From Raillietiella orientalis (Eukaryota): a stretch of 64,000 nt of DNA. Within the stretch, counting starts at the first letter, position 1, and the number at the start of each line of letters is the position of its first letter. Below are positions 40,600 to 50,999 of the stretch, one piece after another. The translations under genes and the position numbers were made by a program. Below the pieces are notes generated by a model. That model was not told where the DNA came from and made no database searches. It was given only the letters and a program-made list of their open reading frames with translations. The stretch lies in assembly GCA_036172245.1 (NCBI GenBank), contig JAYWIR010000004.1:5766001-5830000 (forward strand), in the 5' to 3' direction.

Positions 40600-41365
40600 T
40601 GTGTCCAGCCCGCGTCGGAGGCTTTGTGGTTAAGGCTCCCGCGTGTGGCACCATGCGTCAAGGGTTCGAATACAGAGGCAGAAACTGACGCCACCGCGTC
40701 ATTGGGCTCCGAGTTTCTCCTGCAATGGCTCTGGTTGGCTGAGACATTCGGGCGTGGCACCGGCGGTGGTTTAACCCGGAAGGCCCATGAAGAAGGCCAG
40801 AACTCCAGAAGAGTGCAAGGAATCCCCCTGTGGGAAGCTGCTGTGCCTTCTGAATTTCGGAAGCGTCCCTTCGGGTTCTCTTGAGAGGAGTGAACAGGAG
40901 CGCTTCCCTTGAGGGTTCCCTCCGGAGAAGAAATTCCTACTAGCGGATCCTTTCTGGATTCCCTTCGGAGAAGATGAAATTGAGAGGATCACCCCTCTTC
41001 CGGGGGTCCCTCCGGAGAGAATGAGGAAGGAGATTCCCTTCGGAGACAATCAGGGTGGGAAGTGTGATCTCCCCTGAAGGTGGGATGCCTCCTCAAGCGT
41101 GAGAAGAACGGATTCTGAGCCTTCCTGGATTCAGAGGGCGGACCCCATCCCGGGGTTCCCCTATCTTGAAGAATAGCGCGCACCTTCGGCGGGTGGCGTA
41201 GAACAGTGCTGAAGAGCCACGTGCGCAGAGAGGCACGCGACCGGCTCTTGAGGTACTTAGCGTACCCAAAAAAAGAAAACCTGAAAAACCTCCAAAAAAA
41301 TGCTGGAAGGGAAAAAACAGCGAAGACAGACCCAAAAGAACCCTAAAGGATTTCCATCATCCCTA
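40600..41365. repeat. Interspersed repeat copy 1, with internal degenerate ~40-bp repeats
   Basis: Colinear with 42290-43300. Recurrent CCCT(T/C)CGGAGA core, A-rich tract and the terminus AAAGGATTTCC(A/G)TCATCC. Confidence 0.75.
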
Positions 41366-41710
41366 CGACAAGCCGAGCCTGGAAGAAGACACAGCATCAC
41401 AGATCTCAGCTTTCTGGATTCTGCTTCCATCTTTTGTGCACCATCCAAGCTGTTGCTTGCAGATGCTCGTGTTGAAGAGGTATGAGCATGCGCTAGAGTT
41501 TTGCTCTCCATTCATCCTCTGAAATCTTCGATGGTTGCTGTTTCATGCAGCACTCTCAGGAAGTGAAGAAACTGAGATCTGAGATCAACTTCTCATTTCT
41601 CTGTTGCTTGGTAAAGCAATGCAATGCAATCAACTATTCTACTGCAAAAAAAAGTCTATCTTTACGAAAAGCTGTGGAATCTTGGGTTTTGCTGTCAGAT
41701 GCTCAAATGC

Positions 41711-41740
41711 AGCATCGATGGCAAAGGTGCCATCGATGCT
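41711..41740. repeat. Perfect inverted repeat, 13-bp arms, 4-nt spacer
   Basis: AGCATCGATGGCA-AAGG-TGCCATCGATGCT. Confidence 0.95.
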
Positions 41741-42289
41741 TGCTGTCGATGCTGGGAGATCTAAACCCTCTTCTGAGATCAGTTTCCAGTTGAGAGAACA
41801 GGAAAAACTCATATGAGCCGAGACATGGACGTGAAACATGGTGGCAGCCTGTCACCTCAGGGACACTCGCGCTTTGATCTTAGCCAAAAGGCCGAGAAGC
41901 AATTTTTTGGTTAAGATCAAAGCAAGGGAAACATTCTTGGATGATTACAGAAGCACGTGAAGGAGTACCCATGGAACGGAAGCCGGCAACGCATCTTCCA
42001 AAAAGCTCGGGTGCTTAGAAAACCGCTATCCCTGGCTGCAGGCCATTGTGCATGATGAACGATCCGGAGCAGCCTTAGCATTTCGAGCTACATTTTCAAT
42101 GCATGAGTGGAAGAACCCTATCTTGAAGATAGGATGCGTGACGGAGGCAGGGTTTCACGTGAGCAGATTGGTGCCAGCAAGGCAAAAATTTCAAAATGAA
42201 TTCAAAAATTCTTTCACACCCAAGCGCAAGTCGTAAAGAAGCAGCAGCTCTGGATGTGCCGTTCTTCGATCCATCCTTGGTGCCCGTGT

Positions 42290-43300
42290 CGGAGGTCACG
42301 TGGCTGCGGTCTCCGTCTGTGGCACCGAGAGGAAAGGCGGGTTCGAATACTCGGAAAGGATCGACCCCGAGAGATGAGGGTGCTTCGTGGGTTCGAGTCC
42401 CCTCCACAATGTGATTGGCCTACATTCATTTGGGTGCTGCACTGGTAGCTGTTCAGACCGGATGCCCCGATGAGTGGCCTGGATCGGTAGTCGATCCTCC
42501 GGGTCCTTCCAGGAATCAAGGAGTGAGAGTTTCCCTTCGGTTATGCAAAGGAGCAGACCTCCCCTCAAGGGAAACTCTGCGTCTTGTAACAGGGAGCTGG
42601 TGAATTGATGATGCCTCTCCAGTGAGAAGTGAGCCGCTCCCTTCGGGGTGTGCCCCACAGAGAAAATGGGAAACGGCCCTCCGGGATCGTCTCCAGAGGA
42701 GCCGTTTCCTCCTTCAGTGGTGGGAACTCTCCATCGCGTACCATGAAGCTGGTTAGTACCCCCCGCGGGGATCGCCTTTCCAGAACACAAGAAGCGCTCT
42801 GCTCCCTTCGAGGTTCCCTTAAGAGGAGTAAACAAGGAGCAGTTCCCTTGCGGATTCCCTCCGGGAAAGAAATTCCAGGAGCGATCCTTTTCGAGTACCC
42901 TCAGGAAAAGAAACAAAGGAGAGCAGCCTGCTCTGGGAGTCCCTCCGCAGAGAATAAGGAAGAGTTCACTTCAGGGTTCTTTTCGGAGACAACTAGAGTC
43001 GAGGCTCCCTTCTGGGATCCCTCCCTAGGCGTAAGAGGAGCAAACTCGCTTTTCCGGAGCCCTTCCTAGATTCGTAGGGTAATCTCCTCCCCAGGAACCC
43101 CCTATCCTGAAGAATAAACATGCACCCCCGGGTGCCGTGGAACAGCGTTAAAGAGCTGAGTGAACCGCAGCCAGGCGCTCGACGGTTCTTGAGGTACTCG
43201 GCAAACCAAAAAAAGAAAACCCGAAAAAAAAAAAAAGGAAAGAAAGCCAGAAGGAAAACAGCGAAGACGGAAAACAACCCAAAAGGATTTCCGTCATCCT
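42290..43300. repeat. Interspersed repeat copy 2
   Basis: Shares gtggcacc..gggttcgaatac, ttcccttg..gg.ttccctccgg..aagaaattcc, cttgaggtact, aaaacagcgaagac and the terminus with copy 1. Confidence 0.75.
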
Positions 43301-43308
43301 AGGCCAAC

Positions 43309-44263
43309 CCTCTCAAGTGACAGGAGTTGGAGCTGCTGGTGTTGCATGGGGGGATCCCATGCAAAGGCGCGCCTTAACCACTGGATACGAAGGAGCATGG
43401 ATGCTCGGTGCGACAAATACGGGAAAACGGAGAACCTCCTGCAGCTGTTGTTCGACTGTGCTGCCCAACGGGATCCTTGGGGATCTCCTCGCGACGATCC
43501 GGGTGGCCCCAGGAGTATTTTCAGACGCCTCTTAGAGCGTGCCGCACTGCCGCCAGTCACGTACCTGGCAGTTCTCTGTTGTCTCCGAGGAATGCAGAAA
43601 ATCACGGAGGCAGCATGGGTGAAGGCCTGGAAATCAGAAAAGGCCGGTCAGGAATGAGGCCTGGAATCACGGAGGCGTGGAATGCAGAAAGAAGAGGCTG
43701 AAATGTCAGGGACGTCATCCACTTCCTGAGGACCGCCGCGAGATGGCCACCTGAACTATACACAGACGGAACTTGACAGCATCCTGAACAGGATGCAGAG
43801 GACGCCGGGCAACGTACTGTGATCCCTTCCTCGGTCCCCTTCCCTGTGTATAATTTCCCCTCCTTTTTTGTGTGTTTCTTTTTTTTTTTTGTTTTTATTT
43901 TCGTTTTCCCTTCGCCCACGCGCCGAAGCGAACCTCGCCGGTCTGCTCACCGGTCCTCGACAGTTCTTTTATTTTTCATTTTTGTTTTTTCTTTTTATTT
44001 ATGCCCCCTCCCCTCTGCTGCCGAGATGGACCACACCGGTCTGAGAACCGGTGACCCGGCAGGCTTTGCATATCTAGTGCGTGGTTGGACCAGTGGTCCA
44101 GCCACAGATTTTGTATATGTTTTATTCGGAAGAATACACGCCCCAGCGCACTCGGGTGAGAATCGACAGACTCGTTGCACGTCGTCGAACCAAGGGTTCT
44201 ACCGTACCAATGTAATTTTATTACTCAACGTAATAAATGGCCCGGCACAACCGGGTATTGTAA
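43309..44263 (+). mobile_element. 5'-truncated LINE (CCHC zinc-finger end + 3' UTR) with a 15-bp target-site duplication
   Basis: Zinc-finger remnant ARCDKYGKTENLLQLLFDC, T-rich UTR and terminal hairpin. Flanked by TCATCCTAGGCCAAC (43294-43308) and TCATCCTAGGCTAAC (44264-44278). Confidence 0.8.
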
Positions 44264-44289
44264 TCATCCTAGGCTAACAGTAACAACTC

Positions 44290-44720
44290 CTTGTGGGGTC
44301 GCTACTGGTCTTGTATATTATGGGACAAGGCAGTCAGTGAGCTGCTTCTGGATCAGGGTCTCCATCTGGAACCGGAATGGCTCCATCCTTCAGACGTTCA
44401 AGAGTCGATTACTTTGGCAGTTCACTTCGGCAACGTTTCTTCAGATGTGGAAGATCCGCTGAAACCATTTTTGTCCCGAACCCGTTTACCAGCTTGCATT
44501 GCAGTTTTTCCACAGAGAAATACTTTCCCTGTCCATTTCTGAAGGATCGCAAGCGCTCTGGATTCCAATTCTTCCCAGTCTTCATCGTTCCCTACTCTCA
44601 AATTTTTGTTCCGCATGCTCCACTTCAATTAGCGCGAATAATAGCCACTCTGCCCAGAGAGGCGGCACCAAGGATGGTTTCTGCAGCGTGATTCTGAATT
44701 CAGCTTATTATTCCGTGGCA
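44290..44720 (-). mobile_element. LINE (L1/Tx1-like) post-RT fragment
   Basis: DWEELESRALAILQKWTGKVFLCGKTAM resembles the W..L..K....L..W....LS..GK pattern that follows L1/Tx1 reverse transcriptase. Confidence 0.5.
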
Positions 44721-44921
44721 TGAGATGAATCTCGAAAAACTGCCCGCATCCGCTTGGTGAGTTCCCTTCATTCTCCCTCTTTTGTCCGCACCTTCAATCC
44801 CTGCACGGCTTGCAAAGCAGAGGAATTTTCCTCTCCCCTTCTTTCAGATCCCTCTCTCTTGTGTGTGCTTTCGTAGAAAGCAAACAAACCGTGAGTTTCT
44901 CCCATAATCAGAAATTATTCT

Positions 44922-44958
44922 GAGCTCGGGTGTTCTGCAGAGCAGAACACCCGAGCTC
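44922..44958. repeat. Perfect inverted repeat, 17-bp arms, 3-nt spacer
   Basis: GAGCTCGGGTGTTCTGC-AGA-GCAGAACACCCGAGCTC. Confidence 0.95.
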
Positions 44959-46001
44959 TCTTCCAAGTCCCTTCCGCAGAACCCTCTTCTAGGACAGGCC
45001 GTTGTTTTTCCGGACCAGCATGTACCTCTAATGGGGTGCTGTGGCCGGTTACGTCTCACAGATTTCAAATTCCGCTCTCGTTTCTCGCAGGATGCGGCAA
45101 CGACGACGCCACCGCTCTTGGCACTCTACCTCTGATCACCCTCCCAAGCTTCTGCAGAACTGGAAAGGTCATATGTTCTTGAAAGAAGCTTCTTATCTTC
45201 AATCAACCATCCGTTCGTCCCTTTCGTAGAACGTTCAGTTAGTCCTGAATCTTTTGAGAGAGTCGCTCTCTTCCATGTCTATGCTGCTGCTGCTTTTCTT
45301 CTTGGTCGCTGCACCGAACAAAAAGGACTAAAGAAATGAAATGCTGTATCGCTCTTGTTGTACATTTGCAGATGACAAAAATGCGTCAGTTCGAATGCTG
45401 CTGCTTGCAGCGCCACTCAGAGTCCATTCGCTCGCTTTCCCTGCGCGTAGTTTCGTCGCTGGATCCGAAGAGAGTAAAGAGTCACCTGAGATACCCGAGT
45501 GCACCCGTCGGCACCATCCTCGTGAACACCAAGAAAGCAAGACAACCGCATGCTCACATCTCCTGCTGCTGTTGGCTGTGTCGAGAGGTCTAAATACTGT
45601 ACAAAAGGAGTCGTTGATGTTTTGATGCGTGCCACCATTTGAGCAGAGTGTGTCGATTTGAAGAATCCTGAGGATGTTCCCTTTTCTTCATCCCTGTTTA
45701 AGTGTCGCTTATTCATCCGAGCTTCTACTTCCTTTTCTAATCGCGCGCAGTAGAGTTAGCTGCAAAATGGATTTCATGGAAGAGAGCCCAAATAACTCGT
45801 GTGCTGTCATTAAATGCTTCTAGATATTCGGACTTGAAGATTGTACAGATGCATGTAATTGTATTCTGAAATGAAGTACTTCCCAATGAAAATGGTTTTA
45901 TTCAAATGTGAGCAAGCAATGCGCACCACAGACAGAGGTAATTAAAAACATGATAGACGTTTCTTTGCTCTCGGTTAGTTAAGTGTAAAACCCAAGAATA
46001 C

Positions 46002-46007
46002 TTTATT
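46002..46007 (-). promoter_or_regulatory. Candidate polyadenylation signal of gene A
   Basis: AATAAA on the minus strand about 220 nt after the stop codon; a second AATAAA at 45897-45902. Confidence 0.4.
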
Positions 46008-46224
46008 GTGTAATAGAATTAATGAAATAAAATGAGCAATGCTGCCAGCTTTTGCAGCTTACTATTCAAATTAGAACCCCAAGCAAACACAAGTGTTCTG
46101 AGATGAAGTAAATAATCAACTTTTGCCCCAATCACAGACGAGGAACATGGAAGCGTAGGCATTTTTAAATCTCCATCTCGCTCAGTGTATCATTGAGTCA
46201 GTGGGAGACATTTCCAGCGTTTTC

Positions 46225-46313
46225 TTATTCACTACTGGAAGAATAAGTACTACAAGAGTAGGAGTGTTCAAGGTTTCCGTTTATTCCGCAGGGATTAGGA
46301 ACGCTTTTACTAC
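46225..46313 (-). CDS. bves: Popeye-domain protein gene A, probable terminal coding exon
   Basis: Follows a 53-nt GT-AG intron (46314-46366) in compatible phase 1: (G)SKSVPNPCGINGNLEHSYSCSTYSSSSE-TAA. Supported by splice signals and frame only, not by conservation. Confidence 0.65.
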
Positions 46314-46366
46314 CTAAAACGAGTAGCGAGACCAGTGAGAAAATTCAGCTTTTGGCAAGATCTTAC

Positions 46367-46517
46367 CTATTTTATTGCTGAATTCTTTTGGGTCGCATTT
46401 CAGCACACGCTGCTGACGGCTCTTGGCGTTTCTCTTCATTTTATCACTATCTGAAAGCAGGTGCACAAAGGAGCTGGGTAAACGAATGTCGAGATGGATT
46501 TCATGGACCGTTAGAAT
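46367..46517 (-). CDS. bves: Popeye-domain protein gene A, C-terminal exon with DIRLP motif
   Basis: 151 nt, ILTVHEIHLDIRLPSSFVHLLSDSDKMKRNAKSRQQRVLKCDPKEFSNKI(G). Acceptor TTTTTTAG|, donor AG|GTAAGA; follows a 92-nt intron. Confidence 0.88.
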
Positions 46518-46609
46518 CTAAAAAAGCCAAAGAGCTATGTAGCGGAAAAATTCTGAGATGTTACGTAATTTGCACACATATCATATGCATGATTGCTTAA
46601 TTGTTTAAC

Positions 46610-46762
46610 CTTCTTATTCATAGAATAGAGCTTAGAGACAATGTCTTGTTCAACAAGAGTCAGGAAAACATTAGCTACAAACTGGTCTTTCACGAAGAGG
46701 TATTCGAGATTGTTTCTTTGCCAGCAAAGTATGCACGAGTCATCTACAGCTATTACGGAAAC
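46610..46762 (-). CDS. bves: Popeye-domain protein gene A, coding exon (end of Popeye domain)
   Basis: 153 nt, VSVIAVDDSCILCWQRNNLEYLFVKDQFVANVFLTLVEQDIVSKLYSMNKK, containing the DI..KLY..N motif. Acceptor TTTTTTCCAG|, donor AAG|GTTAA. Confidence 0.94.
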
Positions 46763-48111
46763 CTGGAAAAAAAGAAAAAAATGAAACAATCACTTTGAAG
46801 AAATATGTTGTCTTTTTTTTTTTTTTTTTTTAAACTACAAATGCGAATGAAATGAACATCTAAATAGCACACAGATATCTAAATCCCTGCGAACATATGC
46901 AAGCGTGCTAGATGAAATGAAATGCTTTAAGCTTTCTGCTTCCATAGTCTCTTAGAGAATCAGGAAAGCAAAGTTGACGCAGAATGTTGCCAAATGAAGT
47001 ATGTTTCCAGATGAAATTGGCCGTTTTTTTTTTTTTTTTCAAATCAAAATTGGTTGGATAGTTAAATCTTCCTTTAGTGGTGCTTCATGTACCAGCTACC
47101 AGCTCTTATGCTCAGCAAAAAGTACACTTATTGGTTCAGTTTTTCCTTTGTCGATCTCTATTATGGTTCCTAATTGCAATTAATCCCATTTCGAGGAAGC
47201 TTAGCAAAGCACACCATTGGAGCAAATCCTCCTCTACTTCTAAAAATCATCACAAAGGACAATTCAACAGATATTAGCTGCAATGCCATGATTACAGAAA
47301 AGCCTGTCAAGTAGAAAACGGTCCACGTAAATTGGACGCTGATGCATCTTCAAGTGAAGCTCACTACAAATCTTTCCCATACAACATGTAATATGATGCA
47401 TAGAATCAGTGAACTACCCCTTCTATATTCATCTGGCAGACCGAACGCAAATGACGTACGTACGTACGTATGCATATGGATTCAAACTTTTATACGCATG
47501 TGGTGTGGAGTTTTACATGCGTATAAAAGTGAAGTGGATGCGAAACTGAGTGTGGGATTAGAAATTAATTCAATACATCCGACTAAGAAATAATGAAGTT
47601 GGAATTATCTGTGGTGAGCAGTCAGTTGAATGACAAACAGGTGATTGCTTCAAACCTTTAAAGAATGACTTTTATAATCACTCTTTTTATGGCCCACCTC
47701 AGTTTTTCATGTATGAGTTGTCAGTTTAGAATTCACGCCTCGACTCCAAGGGCGAACGTCTTTTAGGAGCAGCTTTTACAGAACAGTGTTCGGTATCGTT
47801 ATTTGAGGCTTAATCCCCAAAACCATTCATCCTGAAGCTTGAAATAAATCCAGAGAAGCCCAGCTAATATACTTTGAGTCTCGCCCTGAACGGAGTATCC
47901 ATCAGTTATTAATAGTCCTGAGACATTCTCGGATAGTGTTTCAATACAATGAACGTTGAGCAAATCAGTGTTTCTTCGTTGGGAGGAGAACACTCATTTA
48001 CTTCCCAGACAAAATCAGAAAATAGTCTTTATAATAAGCCGTAATTAAGTGAGGCTAATTATGTCAAGACTACTACTGGTTTGAATTACATGTTTTCACA
48101 TTCTATTCTCC

Positions 48112-48155
48112 TCAATGATTGTCTTTCTCATTGCCATGAGAAAGACAATCATTGA
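48112..48155. repeat. Perfect inverted repeat, 20-bp arms, 4-nt spacer
   Basis: TCAATGATTGTCTTTCTCAT-TGCC-ATGAGAAAGACAATCATTGA. Confidence 0.95.
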
Positions 48156-49194
48156 TCTTCCACTTAAATCGAGCCATTTCCTTAAGCACCCGACCACTGA
48201 GTGGAACTGAGAGAAATTTCTTACTTCACTGCTGTTCAGGCAGTAATGAGGGAAGATAATGTTGCTGATGTAACAGAGAATAGAAGATTACGAATAATGT
48301 TTCAAGAGCTATAATATATCATCATTCTTACTCATAAAAGAGTAATAGCAGTGTCGATAATGAACAATTGCTAACACTGATTAAAAAATTATTATTTCTG
48401 GGAAATTTCGTTCTGTTCGTTAGATAATCCTGCAACAGATTGTTTTTTGGAAAAGCAAAGCATTCTCAAATCTACATTCCCTGCTTCTTTCTGCTTTCTT
48501 TCTAAGAAATCTAGACACTATATAAATTTACTTTAACGACCAATTTTGGAAATTCCTATTTCTTTAAAATTTCTGCTTTTTTTGTCCCCTCCATTTTTTG
48601 AAGACTGCCTTCTTGAAAGCTGCAGAACTCTTCGCAAACGGAACTGTCAACGGAACTCTTTCCGATTTCTTAGTACTTGGATGAGTATCTTTCGCCTCTT
48701 TTCCAGTCACTCTTTCTTGCAATAGATAAAAATCGTGTTTTCATTTTTGAATTTATCCTATTTGATCTCCTCTGCCTTGTCAAAAGGATCTAAGATTCTT
48801 TGAATCTTCGTATTTACATGCAATCAGAAAAAATGCTCAGTAACTCGAGAGATCAGAAAGTGAGCGAACACCTCTTCTTAAACTCTTCTTTAATTCTAAA
48901 ATGTATCAGGGCTGGTTGTGGATAACTTCCAGAGCAGTAAAATAGGGAAAGCCTTCTAGCTGTTCCGATTTTACTACTTTGGAAGTCATTGCAGAGGCTG
49001 ATTTGTATTGAAGAGAAGATGACAAAGCAGTGAGTGAATCTTGACTTGGTCTTGTTGAACATCAGACTCTCTTGCAAAGGGGTACTAAATGTTTCCTGTC
49101 CGTGATCGGTGCGGCGACTCAAGCTCCAATTTGTTTCTGGTCTTCTATGATCCATCACAAACTTCATCTTCAAACAATTGTCCCTTTTCACCTT

Positions 49195-50900
49195 GTTCCA
49201 ACGACATCTCCAGAGGACTCATAAATCGTTATCACCCCTAGGAAAACTCAACCTCTGAATAGCAGACTTCTAGAACTGCATTTAAACTACTAGAACTACT
49301 AGAACCAGCATTGAAACAACAGTTAAAACTTTGAATTCCAGACAGTTCTTGACAACCAACAATCATTCGAAGCAATCATTTAAACTTGTAATTAGAACGA
49401 CTATAGATCATTAGAGAAATGAAGATTATTAGAGAAATCACCCTTGGATACAATAAATCATGAGCCTCAGCAAACGACTTCGTCTCAGAAACCGTTTTTC
49501 CACTTTGGCCACCGTGAAACGTAAGGCACTCCGGTGCAGACTTTTTACACGTTTCCAATTGAGTTTGACTTGGAACACTTCACGTTTTCAAAACTACAAG
49601 GAACAACCAGCTGTCAACCAGCTTCCATGGAAGCCATGTCACCAACGCGACCTCTGTGTTCACAGCATGGGCCATAACGAAACCGACGATACCTCTTGCA
49701 AACAAAATTAGGACTCCTTAATTCGTTGTGAGAACCACTTCACAAACCAGCACAGTCCCTCCCCCTCTTTTCTGGTCTCAAACAGCAAACTACCGAACCG
49801 CATTCACTTTCAGCACTCGTACATCTTCCGTTCCTCTTCGCAGTACATTCTTCACCTGAACCGGTCAATTCGCGTAAGAAGACGCCGATCAAGTAAACTG
49901 ACAGCCATGTGACGCCGACTTACACGTGGTCTCCGAGTTGACCCATTTGCGTTCGACACAAATATAAGCTCTGACTGACAAGTCCCCACCAGTTTCCGAA
50001 ATCCTACTTTGTGCGCATGCCAAGAGCTTAGCTTTTGGCACTCGAATCATCTCTGGACTTGGTCAAGGAGCAGTGAGTGACTTTATCGATGAGTCATGCC
50101 TCCTCTTCAGAGCCACACAGCGGTGCTTCACTATCGGCGACTTCACTCCAGACGAGGAAGAAACCAACATCAAAAACTTCATAACTGACCAAGGTCTCTT
50201 CACTGTGATTGATAAAGTATCACAACATGAGCACTCTGTGTCCAAAGATTTCACCAGCCATCAGCAATAGAAACTACTGAACTCAAAAACAAAAACGCCT
50301 CTCTGCTTAGCACATCCCGGAAGAGCTAGAAGGTCCATTCACCGAAACAGTTGATACCAGCCATATTACAACGAAGCAGAACCCATCTCACGGAGTGCTT
50401 GCAGGCAATCACCATCGAATATCGAAACCAAAGTGCCACCAACACGGAGTACCTGAACGCAATGTCTTACGGAAATGATCGAAACCACAGAAACGTTAAA
50501 GAAGACTTTTTAAAGAAAAAAAAAACTGATGCACTCAACACTCCGTTACTCTCAGAAATGTGTTCTACGATAATTCAGGACAAGCTGCTGCAGAAGAGAT
50601 GCTACACTTCCGGAGTTACAAATGGGTTGTGTTCATCGACGCCACCTGAGAGGTCGACAAGTTCCGGTCCGGTGAATGTTTAGCGAACCCCGTCTTGGAA
50701 ACCGTGTTCTTCGATGCAGTCGACGCAGTGCCGCAACGCAGCATGGGAAATCACTATTCGGTTTTCATACACAACTCCGTTTTCGTTTTCGTACACGTTT
50801 TCGTACATCGAGAGGCGTCAGCGACAAACAAATTAGGCATCCATTTGAACCAAACTTCAGTGGTCGTCGTCATCAGCAACAGTGCCATCTATGACTAATG
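49195..50900 (+). mobile_element. Decayed Helentron/Helitron-like relic (Pif1 helicase, AP-endonuclease, possible OTU remnants)
   Basis: NDISRGLIN (49200-49226; Pif1 N.D...GL.NG), FQLSLTW plus frameshifted FTFSKLQGTT (49553-49608; FPL.LAWA.T.HK.QG.T), CFTIGDF (APE GDFN-like, 50133-50144), weak OTU-like AMSYGNDRNH and GNHY (50746-50757). Confidence 0.55.
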
Positions 50901-50999
50901 GTATTGCAATCAGAAGGGCGCGCCGCTCAGCCTTCCTTAATCCAAATCTTCGAAAGAAGGAGACCTCTGCTGATAAGGAGTAGGAATGACTTGCTGCCC

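Noticed and set aside
42315..42412. tRNA gene suggested by GGTTCGAATAC / GGTTCGAGTCC
   Set aside because: No acceptor, D or anticodon stems and a weak T-stem; kept only as a possible SINE-head hint.
40860..42820. Repeated CTTCGG as C(UUCG)G tetraloops of a structured RNA
   Set aside because: The closing stems are only 2-3 bp; better explained as the internal repeat core.
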